This document shows positions 28,301-40,005 of a stretch of DNA of 64,000 bases, one piece after another (positions within the stretch are counted from its first letter, which is position 1; each line of letters opens with the position of its first letter). Origin of the DNA: Antedon mediterranea (Eukaryota > Animalia > Echinodermata). The notes beneath the pieces were generated by a model, which worked only from the letters and a program-made list of their open reading frames with translations, made no database searches and was not told the origin of the DNA. Position numbers and translations under genes: made by a program. The DNA lies in the NCBI RefSeq assembly GCF_964355755.1, contig NC_092676.1:19176871-19240870 (forward strand). The letters are read 5' to 3'.

Positions 28301-29595
28301 ATCAAAACACATATTTTATTTATGTATAGGAAACCTAATATTATATCTGAAATTCAAGCCTGTAGCTGAGCTTTAAATGTACTGCAAAAATATCTTTACC
28401 AGGAAATATTTCTTTAACAGATGTTACACTTGTACAGCCAATATACAGTGCATATTGAATGAGGGTGGCTAAAGACTGTAAAAGCTGTGAAAACAAAAAA
28501 ATAAATATGCAATTATGTTTTTATTTTGTTGTGTTACATTTGACACACAGGTAAATTTAGTACCGTAAATTTATAGTACCGTGCAGTATTTTATAGTAGG
28601 GATGGAGTTAGGTGTTAGATGTGTTGAGTGGGTGGCATGGCAAAGTAAAAGGCGTTGAGTTTGTGTGTAACACCTTTAAAATAATTTTAGACATTGAAAG
28701 TTATATACATACTGTACAATGTAATTTACCTAGAACTTTCACAGGCTTATTTATGGCAATGCTAATTTTTGTGTGGTATCATTAGCTTTATAATTACTAA
28801 ATGAAAGTACTGTAATGTGAACATGATTTTGGCTCACCTGCAAACTATCAGCTTTGTCAACTTCTAGGGTATTGGAAGTGTTCAAAATTACTTTCTCAGG
28901 ATAACTCGAAGCATTGCGATAGGTAAATGAATTCTGGCACAATTCTATCACAAGCTCTTTTGCGTTAGCCTAGATGCAGTATGAAAAATAGGTTCAAAAT
29001 AAGTAGTAGTAAACTTAACTAGACTAGTACTAGTAGGGACCCGTTTGTCTACTAGTAGTAGGGCCTACATACTGTACATGACATGATACAGTAAAGAGTT
29101 AGCCTACCACCAAAAGCCTAGTTAGCCTGTGTAGGCCTAAAACTAAATAAATATTAGTTATCTAGGCTAGACTATTTACTGTAACTAGCTAGGCTAGTAG
29201 ACTAGTAGAAGTAGTAGTATATTATTAGATTAAGTAACATGTTCATACACAAATCCAATTTGTTATATTTCACACACACAAGGAGGCCTGGCCTCGGCCT
29301 AGCTTTTCCACGCCTGCCTCATCGCACCTAGTAGAGGTAGGCCTAGCCTAGGCCTACAGTACTATCATTACTCAGCAGGTCAGCATAGCTAGCTAGCTAG
29401 TAGGCCGGCCCTTTTAGTAGGCTCGCTATATTATACTTATAGCCTAGGCTAGGTAGGAGTCTTAATTTTGGGCCTAGGCTAGACCTAATAAACTCTCACA
29501 ACATTAAAACATTATTCTAAACTTTTCTAAATTTATTACGAAGCAAATATCACCTTTAAAAGTAAATTTAAAACTTCAAAATCTGTGTCTGCCAT
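25378..29595 (-). CDS. COMMD9: COMM domain-containing protein 9 (7 coding exons, 198 aa)
   Basis: Exons (minus): 29595-29554, 28969-28838, 28484-28400, 27964-27910, 27366-27332, 26982-26879, 25521-25378. All are GT-AG with compatible phases and total 597 nt. Translation MADTDFEVLNLLLKANAKELVIELCQNSF...FPGDFHKSLKDLLSKII...SLPRLVDFDWRVDVKTCSDSISRMSVPTCLLNLQ...LELNKQTLDTMLDALGKIRDQLDSVVTKK resembles vertebrate COMMD9 (SLPRLVDLDWRVDIK; TLDTMLDGLGRIRDQL). Confidence 0.95.
25784..26050. mobile_element. TTAA-flanked MITE in COMMD9 last intron
   Basis: TTAA|GGCTGTGTTTCCGCAGCC ... GGCTGCGGAAACACGGCC|TTAA. Confidence 0.8.
27589..27750. mobile_element. Short hAT-like MITE
   Basis: CAGGGGGGCGGATTC ... 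GGATCCGCCACTG termini, the same terminus class as 45438. No clear TSD. Confidence 0.6.
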
Positions 29596-30548
29596 TCTGA
29601 AAAATATTTTTGTTTTTCTCGTGATGTCATCATATGTCATATGTTTGTTTTGTTCTCCCACGTGTCGAAACGCGTTTTATTGGCAAATTATTAAACGCAT
29701 TGAACTTTTTCGTTTTATCGTCACGCAATTACTACAAGTTAGAGATTTTCTATTATACCAAGGGGTATAAGAAATTACTCATCAAAACCATGTAACACAA
29801 AAATAAAGTACAGTAAATAAAATTTCCTTTTTTATTATTTTTCTTTGTTTATAAAACTGATTTTATCTATTTTTTCTAATTAATACTGTATAATAAAGAT
29901 TAACATATGAACTGTTCTGTGTAAACTAATTCACCATCAAATTGTCATTGGGAAGAACGGTTACTCAAATTTGAATAGTACACAAAAACAATTACTAATA
30001 TATAAATATTACCATTAATATATGTTTATATCTACAATACATAAAAATTCTTATTATTTATCTTTGTACCATAATTGTTTTATCGTATACAGCAGCAGTA
30101 AAGTTTATGAATGAATTTAGCATACAGACAACTTTCCCCTCCTTTGGGACATCCCTATTAAAGGGATACTTTGTTGAGGACAACAACAGGACACTGAGCT
30201 CGCCTTGTCAATATAGGAACTCATAACAGTCCTTTGATCTTATGTCTGGCTGCGACAAATACCAACAGTGCTGTACTATGTACATATTCTCTGTGGCATG
30301 TGGTGATGTGGGACTGATCATGTTGCAGCCACAGATAAACCCTTTGATCTCCAGAGAGCTTAGCATCCTGTTAGATTGCCTTGGTTATACTTTACTATCC
30401 AGGACTCACAAATACATGATTTTAATGTAATGAAGAGAGCACTGTAAATTAAAATTAATGATATTTTTTATATTTTTCCTTCTATTAATTTATTTTAATT
30501 TCAAAAGACATTTGAACTGAGAACATCTTATTAATAGCAGCCTTTCAT

Positions 30549-33500
30549 TTATAGTTTACTAGAGTCATCTGGATTTAACTCGACAACTATCTTTCCTTCG
30601 CTCTTCTTCGAATACAAATACTAAAAGATAAAATTTAATCAAATCTTTGATTATAAAGAAAATAACTATGCATCTCATGGTGAGTTTATGAGGGTGACTA
30701 ACACCTAGGTATCAACAAAATACTAGTATTATAAAAAAAAGGAATGCTAAATGTGTGCACACCAACTACCGGCTTCTTGTTGCAATGGAACCATTAGTTA
30801 TAACTTTTACCCTGCAGTAGAACTGATAATGAACAGCATGTGATACTAAATTAACCAATCAAATGTCAAGGAGATTTCCCCTAATAAAAGACCACTTTAA
30901 ACTAAACTTTTAAAACTAATACATTTTTTGTGTAGTACAGCCATGGACGGACAGACAATCCAACTGGATTACATTTACCTTCACCCTTCGGGGAGCAAGA
31001 TAAACATTCCGACATAAATAGAATAATTTAAAGACCACTTCTAGTGATGGTCTTTAGTTAGAGGGATTCTAATAAAAGACCACAGCTACTAAAGATCACT
31101 AATAAGCTCTGTCTATCAAACTTTATGTGACAAAAAAAAGTGATGTGTCCATATACAGACATGATGACATCATATCATTACCATATTTGGGCACATCACA
31201 CTTTTTTAGACGGCGCTTTAAACCTGGGTCCCAAAAGTGGAGGTAGACCTGTATACAGTAAACTCACCTTGACAGCGTCGACTACAGACTCAACTCCAAC
31301 AAATTGTCCAGATGGGTTGTTCTTCCCATTATCCACAAATGCTTTTAGTTTGCCGGTTTCTGACATAGAGACCAAGCGTTTAAAGGATTCTGCATATCTA
31401 TGGGTGTAATGGAACAACAAAAACCCACTCACACTGGCCGATTTTGATAACAGCTAAAAAAATAACAAGAAAAACATTTTCGCAAGTGAGTGGCTGAGCG
31501 GTTAAGATAGTGGAAACATAATTACGTAGCCATAACATCGGCAAGGGTTCGAGGCTCACTCGCTCCATGGGTCTGGTGGTAGTACAAGTCTTCTCAGATA
31601 AGGACTATAAAACGTAGGCTGGTCCAGTGTACACATCTAGCTCATGTGCACTTAAAGAACCTAGTACATCTTTGAGACAAGTAGGGGGTTACCCCGATGT
31701 ACTAGTACAAACAGCCACTAACTAATCATAAATAAAATTGTAATGTAAAAGGCAATACATTTATTTTGGTACAAAATATCTATATCATACACTACGTACT
31801 AGAAATTAGTTACTTCTCCTTAAACCTCATGATCAAAAGTTGTGCCGTTTGAGATGGGACACCTTTTAATTCCCTTTTAGCCTTTGGGTTTTTTATTTAT
31901 TATCTTAATGTAATTGTAACTAGTTTTTAGTGGGCCCTCCTATCACACGCCCCCTTGGTTTTTATTTTTTTTCATCTTCTTCATTTCACTTTGTTCCATT
32001 TTTTTTCATGAGATGAATAAAGAAATTGATTTGATTTGATTTGAATGTTAAGACGACAATTTTTTAAACCAAATTCACAATCAGATCGTCATGAGTTCAC
32101 TAGATGCCGATAGTTCCGGTCATTGGAGAGGGGAATGGCAGTATTAATAATCATATTTTATAAATGTATTTTCCTCACTCAAATATAAAAAATGTGTAGT
32201 TACATAAGGTTTCAACAGAAGAAGAGAAGTATAGCAGTGTTCATATGTAATCATTCAAATAACATGCTATCATAATATGAACAGATTAAAGATAATAGTG
32301 TTATCCGGCAATATACGACCATAATTACCTTTTGAGAGCTTAGCAACATAATTGTTGGGTCAAATAGATAAAGACGACAACAAAACTGTGACATCATTAC
32401 TAATCACATTTGGTATTATTGATATAATATTATTATGCTCGCAAAAATACATTCCCTCCAAAGTTGTTTATTAGAACTATTGATGTTTGTTATTGTATGT
32501 GTTACATAATATCTGTGTTCATAAACCATAGATAAATTCAGGGCAATTTTTTTATATGCTACAGGTAATAATAATATACTAATAATATACCACATTTATA
32601 TAGCGCCCTTTTCATAAAAAAAAAACATGCTCAAAGGTATGATAAGTCTATGAAAAACCCACCAGATCCAGAATAGGGAAAGATGTGCGCATGTAGCTGT
32701 TAAATTAATTTATGTCCTGCACCCACTTGTTTAAAGTGGACGTGTTTCCAGCGGGTTTAAGGGCCAATTTGCCGGCGCTGGACCAAAACTGTGCCAAAAC
32801 AGGTGTGAAAGACCCTTTACTAAGATAGGGAGCTCTCGTGTGTGAATACAGTACAACCTTAGGTAACCTTGATATGTACGGTTTTATTTATTTTATTATT
32901 ATGATACAATTGCATTTGAAATTTATGCTATAGCTTAGTCTTTTATTAGCAAGATTATTTAGAAACTCGTAAAACCAAATGAATCAAATTTATAAAATTT
33001 AAGAGGGGAATTCCCTTTTAATATAGAAAGAATGTAGTAATTCTTTTGATTGCCTACAATGACACAAGAACAACATAATTATATATTATTAATGTTTCCA
33101 GTTTCGGTTAGCCCTAATACAGCCTGTATTAAGGGGACACCAGGACCCAACAAAATTTCTCCTGAGTAAGGGGTTGCCCATAGTGTTAAAGGTATATTGC
33201 CCCTTGTTCGTCTCAATGTAAACTGTATACCTTTATTAGGGGTGTAAGCTGCATAGGGGTTGCCCATAGTGTTAAAGGTATATTGCCTATTGTTCGTCTC
33301 AATGTAAACTGTATACCTTTAATAGGGATGTACGCTGCATAGGGGTTGCCCATAGTGTTAAAGGTATATTGCCCCTTGTTCGTCTCAATGTAAACTGTAT
33401 ACCTTTAATAGGGGTGTAAGCTGCATAGGGGTTGCCCATAGTGTTAAAACATACTGCCCCTTGTTCGTATCAATGTAAAATGTATACCCTTAATAGGGGT

Positions 33501-36500
33501 GTACGCTGCATAGGGGTTGCCCATAGTGTTAAAGGTATATTGCCCCTTGTTCGTCTCAATGTAAACTGTACACCTTTATTAGGGGTGTACGCTGCATAGG
33601 GGTTGCCCATAGTGTTAAAGGTATATTGCCCCTTGTTCGTATCAATGTAAACTGTATACCTTTAATAGGGGTGTACGCTGCATAGGGGTTGCCCATAGTG
33701 TTAAAGGTATATTGCCCCTTGTTCGTCTCAATTTAAACTGTATACCTTTAATAGGGGTGTACGCTGCATAGGGGTTGCCCATAGTGTTAAAGGTATATTG
33801 CCCCTTGTTCGTCTCAATTTAAACTGTATACCTTTATTAGGGGTGTACGCTGCATAGGGGTTGCCCATAGTGTTAAAGGTATATTGCCCCTTGTTCGTAT
33901 CAATGTAAACTGTATACCTTTAATAGGGGTGTACGCTGCATAGGGGTTGCCCATAGTGTTAAAACATATTGCCCCTTGTTCGTATCAATGTAAACTGTAT
34001 ACCTTTATTAGGGGTGTACAGTATGCTGCATAGTGGTGTCCGCTGCATATTGTTAAAACATCTATTGCTTCTTGTTCTACCGCATTTCTTTATAGGATTA
34101 TTGACTACTAGAGTATGCATTTGGGAAATTCCCTGTCTCTTGGTTATTTTATATCATTTATAAAATGTTATGTTAATAGAAACAGGCCCTTTAAGCACAA
34201 AGTTTTACAACTGTTCATTAGATTATAATTTACTAATAAATTCAGATAAATCTGTCACACTAACCCGTTGTGGAAGAGTATTGATCACGCTGGTAACAAA
34301 GCCTTTGTCAGATTCATACCCAGAAATGTAACCTATGACGATTAATCGACCTTTGAACCCAAGCCTGAAAAAAAATAAATCACTTATTTATTTATTTATA
34401 TCTCTTTATGTCTTTAGGCACAGGTGGATAAGAATTACCAATAGTAACTTAATCACTGTTCTATTAGATAGGTGGTAATCCCCCTGATACTAAGGCTATT
34501 TTGTGAACCAGTTCACCAGGGTAACTCTACTGTACTATAGTTAAAATAAATTGAAATCTAGTGTCTGCCTCAGACATATTGGCTCATGCCTTTCCTCTGG
34601 TCAAGGTGAACACTACACAAGCCCTTGGTCAATGAAAGGACAAATCAAGGTGCTTTAAACAGTCCCGGTTTAGGCTGTGTTCGGACGTAAAATCAGTTAC
34701 ATGTGTAACTTTTCATGTGTAATCAGTGATCATTCGGACGATGAACAATTTACACGTGTAAAACTAACAAAAAATACCCAGCAGGGTCATATTTCATGCA
34801 TCTCTTTACACTATTAAGGTCAAATTGCTCCTTATCTTGCGGTTAATCAGCTTGCGGTTTAAGGTGTAATTGAAAAATCCATCTTATCAGGTGGATTTTT
34901 GAAACAGCAAGTTTATCTCAAAATTTACACCACACACGACCATTACACGTGTAAATTGTTTCCGTCCGAACGGGCTCTTAGTTTCATCCACCATTCAGAT
35001 GGATGTCGGCCATAAAAAAAACTGCAGTTCACACAGCACCAGTGTGGTAGTCGTATTATGTACTTACGATTTGATACATGTTTCAAATGTTGAGCCTCCA
35101 ATTGATTCATAAACAACATCTATACCTCCCTGCAGAAAACAATTTACATAATGAAGTCATTATTGTTAAGCTCTGTTTCCATTGACAAAAAAAGTGTGAT
35201 GTGCCCAAATTTGGTATGTTAAGCTCTGTTTACACTATCAAACTAGTTTTACAAAAAAAGTTTGATGTGCCCAAATATGGTAGCGATATGACATTATCGT
35301 GTCCATAAAGTAAAGTTTGATAGTGTAGATTGCTTTGGCTTTACAAATTTCATTGGATGGTGGTCATGTACCTGATCTAGTCATTTAATTTTCTCAAACT
35401 CATATTAAAGATTATTTCCTTTCAATATTTTAATATGTATTTCATTTTCATCAATTAAATATTTACAATTTTGTTGACATTTGACAAATGCATTATGATG
35501 TCATGAACTACCGTATGCTTGTGAATGAGATTTTTCACCGCAAACTTTAAATGAAAGTTTGATAGTTGTAATAACTTAATACTTGTGAGTGAGAGTAGAA
35601 TGTACTCTAGTGTTCTTATACATACTGGATATTCCTGCATCAAAATCTCAGCAAGATTCTCTGTAGTGTAGTTGATAGGCCTGTCACATCCAATCGACTA
35701 CAAAATAAAAAAAAAGATTTGGGATGTGGGATACACAATGTTTAACCACGGAAATCTAACAACAGGATATTGAGCTTGCTTTGCCAAAATAAGAACTTGT
35801 AACAGTCCTTTGATCTTATGTCTGGCTGCGACAAATATCAACAGTACTGTACTATGTACATATTCTACAAGGTGAGCAGTGTCTGTCAAGGGGTGTGGTT
35901 TTCTGATCGTGTAGCAGCCACAGATAAACCCTTTGATCTCCAGAGGTTTAACTGTACCTTTAAAAAGTCAACTTTTGATTGAGTGGAACATGTTCCAATC
36001 ACATGACATCCAGCTGCTTTTGCTAACTGAACCTGTTGAAGTAAGAAAAAAAAGATACACATTTAGTTTCAGCATGTCATCGTATGTCGTACAGGAATTT
36101 TGGTTTATTTATTGTCCTATACCCATGATGGCAGAATGTTGTGACAGAAAAGATTAAACAGATTATCGGTACTAATTGGATTGTAAATTAATGTGTTTGT
36201 ACTTCACACATCTTGCTATTAAATCATTAAATAACGTTCAAAGAGAAAAAAAATGAGTTGTGCATAATATTATATATGTATTTTTAATACTCAGTAAATT
36301 AAAGTTGCTCCTATTATTCAATACTTGACGTGCCAAATATTCAATACTTGAAGACTCAAAATCAATTTGAATTCATGTCCCAGATTTGTATTAATATCTC
36401 ATAATAAATAAAAAATATAATCAGTATTTCCGGTTGATTGAAGAGATTAAAGAACTTATTGCTATTAAGGCTTTAATAGATGAAGAGTTAAGCCCTGATT

Positions 36501-39161
36501 ACATTTCTGCTACACAAATAAATGAAACCAATTACAATAATTTAAGTGAGATCATGATTTGGTAGCTGATCTTTAATCATAAGTCACACATATCTGATGT
36601 TGTTTATCTAAAAATGTTACTTAAAAAAATCTTCAAAAAGTGTAAAAATCCATGATGCATTCACCCAATACTGTATCTGCGTATTTATCATAATTGGTTG
36701 TTTTTTAGGTTTTTTTAAAGCATAATTCAACAAGAATAGAAAACAATCTTTGTTGTTGGTATGATAATACTTATTGCAGGTCAAACAAAGGTATATTTGG
36801 ATTGGGTGCCCTGAGTTCTTTAGAGTGCATGTGAGCCATATGGGTACATAGGACCTCTGTCTAAATCGTTATCCGAGAAGACTTGTTCTACCAGAACTAT
36901 ATATGGTCAAAGAGAGCCTTCAACCTGTGCCAATATTACTTTGGTTTGTGGCACATCTACCTTCACCGCTTCACTCGACAATCACTACGTCATGGTTTCT
37001 TATTGGAAATGGTTGTGTCGGAAAATTGATGGTGAAGATGCTGAAACTATATCAGTATAGAAATGTTTGTGAGAAAGGCCTATTCAATAGTTTAAAAATA
37101 AAGAGTGTACGTTTGTAGGGTACTCACAGCAAACTGTCCTGTACCACCAGCAGCAGCTACATAGGGAATAAAAAAAAAGATTTATACACCTTGGTGGAGA
37201 GAGTCAAAGGTAAGTATAGTGTCTTGCCTAAGGATATAAGCAATGCAACAAGAGTTGGATTCAAAATCGCGATAATCTAAAGTCCCTTCCTTGAGCTCAA
37301 TCAATAATATGCAATCAAGCTCTAAAATAATTTATTCAGTCAGCAAATGAAAATAGGGCATATTTCTAATCGAATCCGAATTTTAGTAAAGCAAGATCAC
37401 TATGCGATTCCAAGAAGGAAATGGTTTCTATGTGCTAAACTATCCAAGTTTTGGCATACAGTAGCAACAGAAATGTCTAGACATTTTCAACTTTATTTTA
37501 TTTTCTTTCAACTGTACTGTCATAAAAAAAAATTAACAATATGAAGCATATTACTGTACCTGTAACAAGAACAGTTTCACCAGATTTTAATTTACCAAAC
37601 TGAAAAAAAGAAAATTTTAAAGAATAGGAGAAGGATGTGGAGTGCACTGTTCTTTTGAAAAGTGATAAAATACTAATCTTTCACTCAAGAAAACCTCTAT
37701 TAAGGGGACAAAGTTTCTCCTGAATATGTGTTTGCCATATTGTTTAAATATTCGTTTCTTGGTGAAGTGTCCCTTAAATAGGGGCATGTCTCAAATGTTG
37801 GTTCTGCTGTATCTGCAAAACAATTTCCCTTACCTCTTCTAAGCTGATGTCTGCTGTCCTGCCACTCACAAGGAATGGGACGTACTCAGCTTTAGCAGCT
37901 GGAATAGGAGTTGCAATAGAAGCTGGTACTAGCTATCAAATAAATAACAATATCAAAGATATTCAACAAGTCCTCTCATTATATGTTATGACGTAATCAC
38001 CACTTGATACACTTGGTAAGGCTAGGTTGATGCACTGGGCTAGGTTTTATTAGTCTAAGGCTATTTCATAACCCAACCTACCTGCTTATAATGTTAAAAA
38101 ATCTGTTGGTGTTTTAAGCACAAAGGAAGATGTAGGTTAGAGCCCAAAATGTTTTTTACTAGCCAAACGCGTTTTTTTATTAGCCCAAAGTGGTTTTTAC
38201 TAGTGAAAAGTGGTTTTTACTAGTGCAAAGTGGTTTTTACAAACTCAAAGTGTTTTTTATTAGCCCAAAGTGTTTTTTTACTTGCCCAACATATTTTTTT
38301 TTACTATAGCCCAAAGTGGTTTTTATTAGCCCAAAATGGTTTTTACCTGTTCAAAGTGGTTTTTAATAGTGCAAAGTCATTTTTTCTCAGCCCAAAGTGT
38401 TTTTTTTACTAGCACGTATTTTTTTACTAGCCCAAAGTGGTTTTTACTAACTGTACAAAGCAATGTTTAAGAATACTTTACCACATATTCTGCAAAAGCA
38501 CCATTCGTCATATAAGCCACTCCTTGTCCATGCTCAAATTTGTCAACATCAGTACCTACACCAACAACTTCACCCACACCCTAATAGTAAAACATATATA
38601 TTAATCTTAAAACAGCTGTTTATTACAAACTTTTTCTTCACTTCATTTTGTTTATGTTAAAATAAAGTAAGCTTAGGCTGGCTGTGGAAAATGTTAGGCT
38701 GGGTAGCTTTAAAGTATAGATCTTAGGCTGGGTGTGGAAGACTCTCAAGGTGGGTGTTTCCATTGATGGGTATGTCTAGTTAAATTGAAAAGTAATAATG
38801 ACCTCAAATCCTATGTCAAATGGTGGCTTTGCCGTCGGGTCATATCTGCCAGCAGTGAAGTTGATGTCAGATGCATTAATACCTACAAACCTGGAAAAAG
38901 AAGAGAAGAGCTCGTCACGTTCTGTAAATAAAAATTCTCATGTAATTTATATCTTTTTGTTCTTAATTACCTAGAAAGTGAAGCAACGGCTTTTCGGGAT
39001 TGACATTATGAAAATTGCATAGCCTACCTATTTTTTACAAGAAGATCTTTTGGTCCTGGCTTTAACATTGGTACTGTCTGAAAGCTGGTAGCCTCTTTGA
39101 AATTTTGCGTCAGTTTTGTGACTATCATCTTTCTGAAGGTTCTTGGTAAAGCAGATGCCAT
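30549..39161 (-). CDS. PTGR3: Prostaglandin reductase 3 / ZADH2-like MDR-family NADPH oxidoreductase (12 coding exons, 351 aa, PTS1 SKL)
   Basis: Exons (minus): 39161-39028, 38890-38803, 38580-38482, 37932-37834, 37599-37560, 37156-37128, 36032-35958, 35697-35626, 35129-35068, 34364-34265, 31453-31268, 30620-30549. All are GT-AG, in phase, and total 1056 nt. Motifs [69 protein letters not shown] and GKIVVEL...SKL* resemble PTGR3/ZADH2. Confidence 0.95.
31481..31700 (+). mobile_element. tRNA-derived SINE with Deu/Nin-like central domain
   Basis: A-box-like TGGCTGAGCGG and B-box-like GGTTCGAGGC are followed by GTCTTCTCAGATAAGGACTATAAAACG...GCACTTAAAGAACC, which resembles the Deu domain. A reverse copy lies at ~36800-36980. 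Confidence 0.65.
33170..34020. repeat. 86-bp tandem repeat, ~10 copies, in PTGR3 intron
   Basis: GGGGTTGCCCATAGTGTTAAAGGTATATTGCCCC... recurs at 33170, 33256, 33342 ... 33943. Confidence 0.95.
34673..34977. mobile_element. MITE with GTTCGGACG inverted termini
   Basis: GGCTGTGTTCGGACG ... CGTCCGAACGGGC, with internal TTACACGTGTAA inverted blocks. Confidence 0.6.
35169..35330. mobile_element. Copy of AGCTCTGT MITE family with duplicated left end, in PTGR3 intron
   Basis: Two successive AAGCTCTGTTT starts (35168, 35221), the family internal motif and a GTTTGATAGTGTAGA right end. Confidence 0.65.
36800..36980 (-). mobile_element. Diverged reverse copy of the Deu/Nin-like SINE
   Basis: The minus strand reads GGTAGAACAAGTCTTCTCGGATAACGA...GAGGTCC...GCTCACATGCACTCTAAAGAAC, matching 31580-31660. 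Confidence 0.6.
37180..37270 (-). mobile_element. CORE-SINE-like fragment
   Basis: Plus-strand ATTTATACACCTTGGTGGAGAGAG...GTGTCTTGCCTAAGG...GGATTCAAA is the reverse complement of a B-box + CORE-like body. Confidence 0.5.
38140..38450. repeat. ~20-bp degenerate minisatellite (TAGCCCAAAGTGGTTTTTAC)
   Basis: Visible recurrence of the unit in a PTGR3 intron. Confidence 0.85.
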
Positions 39162-39855
39162 CTTGAATGTCTATTGGAAATAAAATCATATCTAGGGATT
39201 AGGTGATGCAGATTCTCTAAGATTTAATTGATGCAACCCTGCCTTCAACCTGCAGTCACAGTGTGTATTTTGAAGGTGAGAGGTGTCCAATCTTTCACGA
39301 CCAGCAGGGCAGTAGTATGTGACATTTAGACTCAAAAGTTTCAAATCATCATGAAAACGAAAGGATGCTAATGATACCAGGTAGCCTACAATTGTACATT
39401 GTAGAAATGTAGGCCTAGCCTAGTTCGGCAATGGAGTACTAGTAGGCCAGGCCTAGTACTACTAGTGGGTGTTTCTACTAGTCTAGACTCTAGTAGTAAG
39501 TACTAGGCATAGACTATATAGTAGGCTATCTCTCTCTCTAGACTAGGCTAGATGGAGTATTTAATGGGCCTACTACTAGCGCCAGACCCGTCCCGAGAGC
39601 GAGAAACAGCAGCAGCAGAGGAGAGTAGCTAGCTAGTAGGCCTAGCCTAGCCTAGGACCGAGGCTAGGAAGGTAGGCTAGCCTCGCCTCTACTAGTAGGT
39701 AGGCTAGTTAGACCTGGCCCGCTACTGATTATCGCCTGGTTGAGGCAGCCTCCTACGGCCTACTACTAGTCTAGCTTAGACCTACAGGCCTAATATTATA
39801 CATAATTACAAAACTATTTTAAACTTAAAACCTTTTAAAACTTCCCCTTCTTTAC

Positions 39856-40005
39856 TTGCACATTAACTTAAAATAAACCACAAAAAAATAAAGTCAACAA
39901 ATCATGCACACGTGAGGGGGCGGGTGATAATTTGGTTTTCATCATCAGACCGTGACGGTTAAATGTGATTGGTCAGTTGTTTACCAGGGGCTGATGACGT
40001 TGTCT
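39856..40005 (-). promoter_or_regulatory. Probable PTGR3 promoter and non-coding first exon
   Basis: E-box CACGTG (39909-39914) next to GC-box GGGGGCGGG, CCAAT (GATTGG ~39966) and half-CRE TGACGT (~39995). Candidate donor GCAA|GTAAAG at 39856/39855. The coding exon has an acceptor 9 nt upstream of the ATG. Confidence 0.5.

Noticed and set aside
30400-30445. Alternative last exon of PTGR3 lacking SKL
   Set aside because: The acceptor-like site gives only an 11-aa non-homologous tail that would remove conserved C-terminal structure. There is no supporting evidence.
33170-34020. Regular repeat array as a possible CRISPR
   Set aside because: The units are contiguous with no unique spacers, the context is eukaryotic and there are no cas genes. 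The same applies to the arrays at 22.9-24.5 kb and 55.3-57.1 kb.
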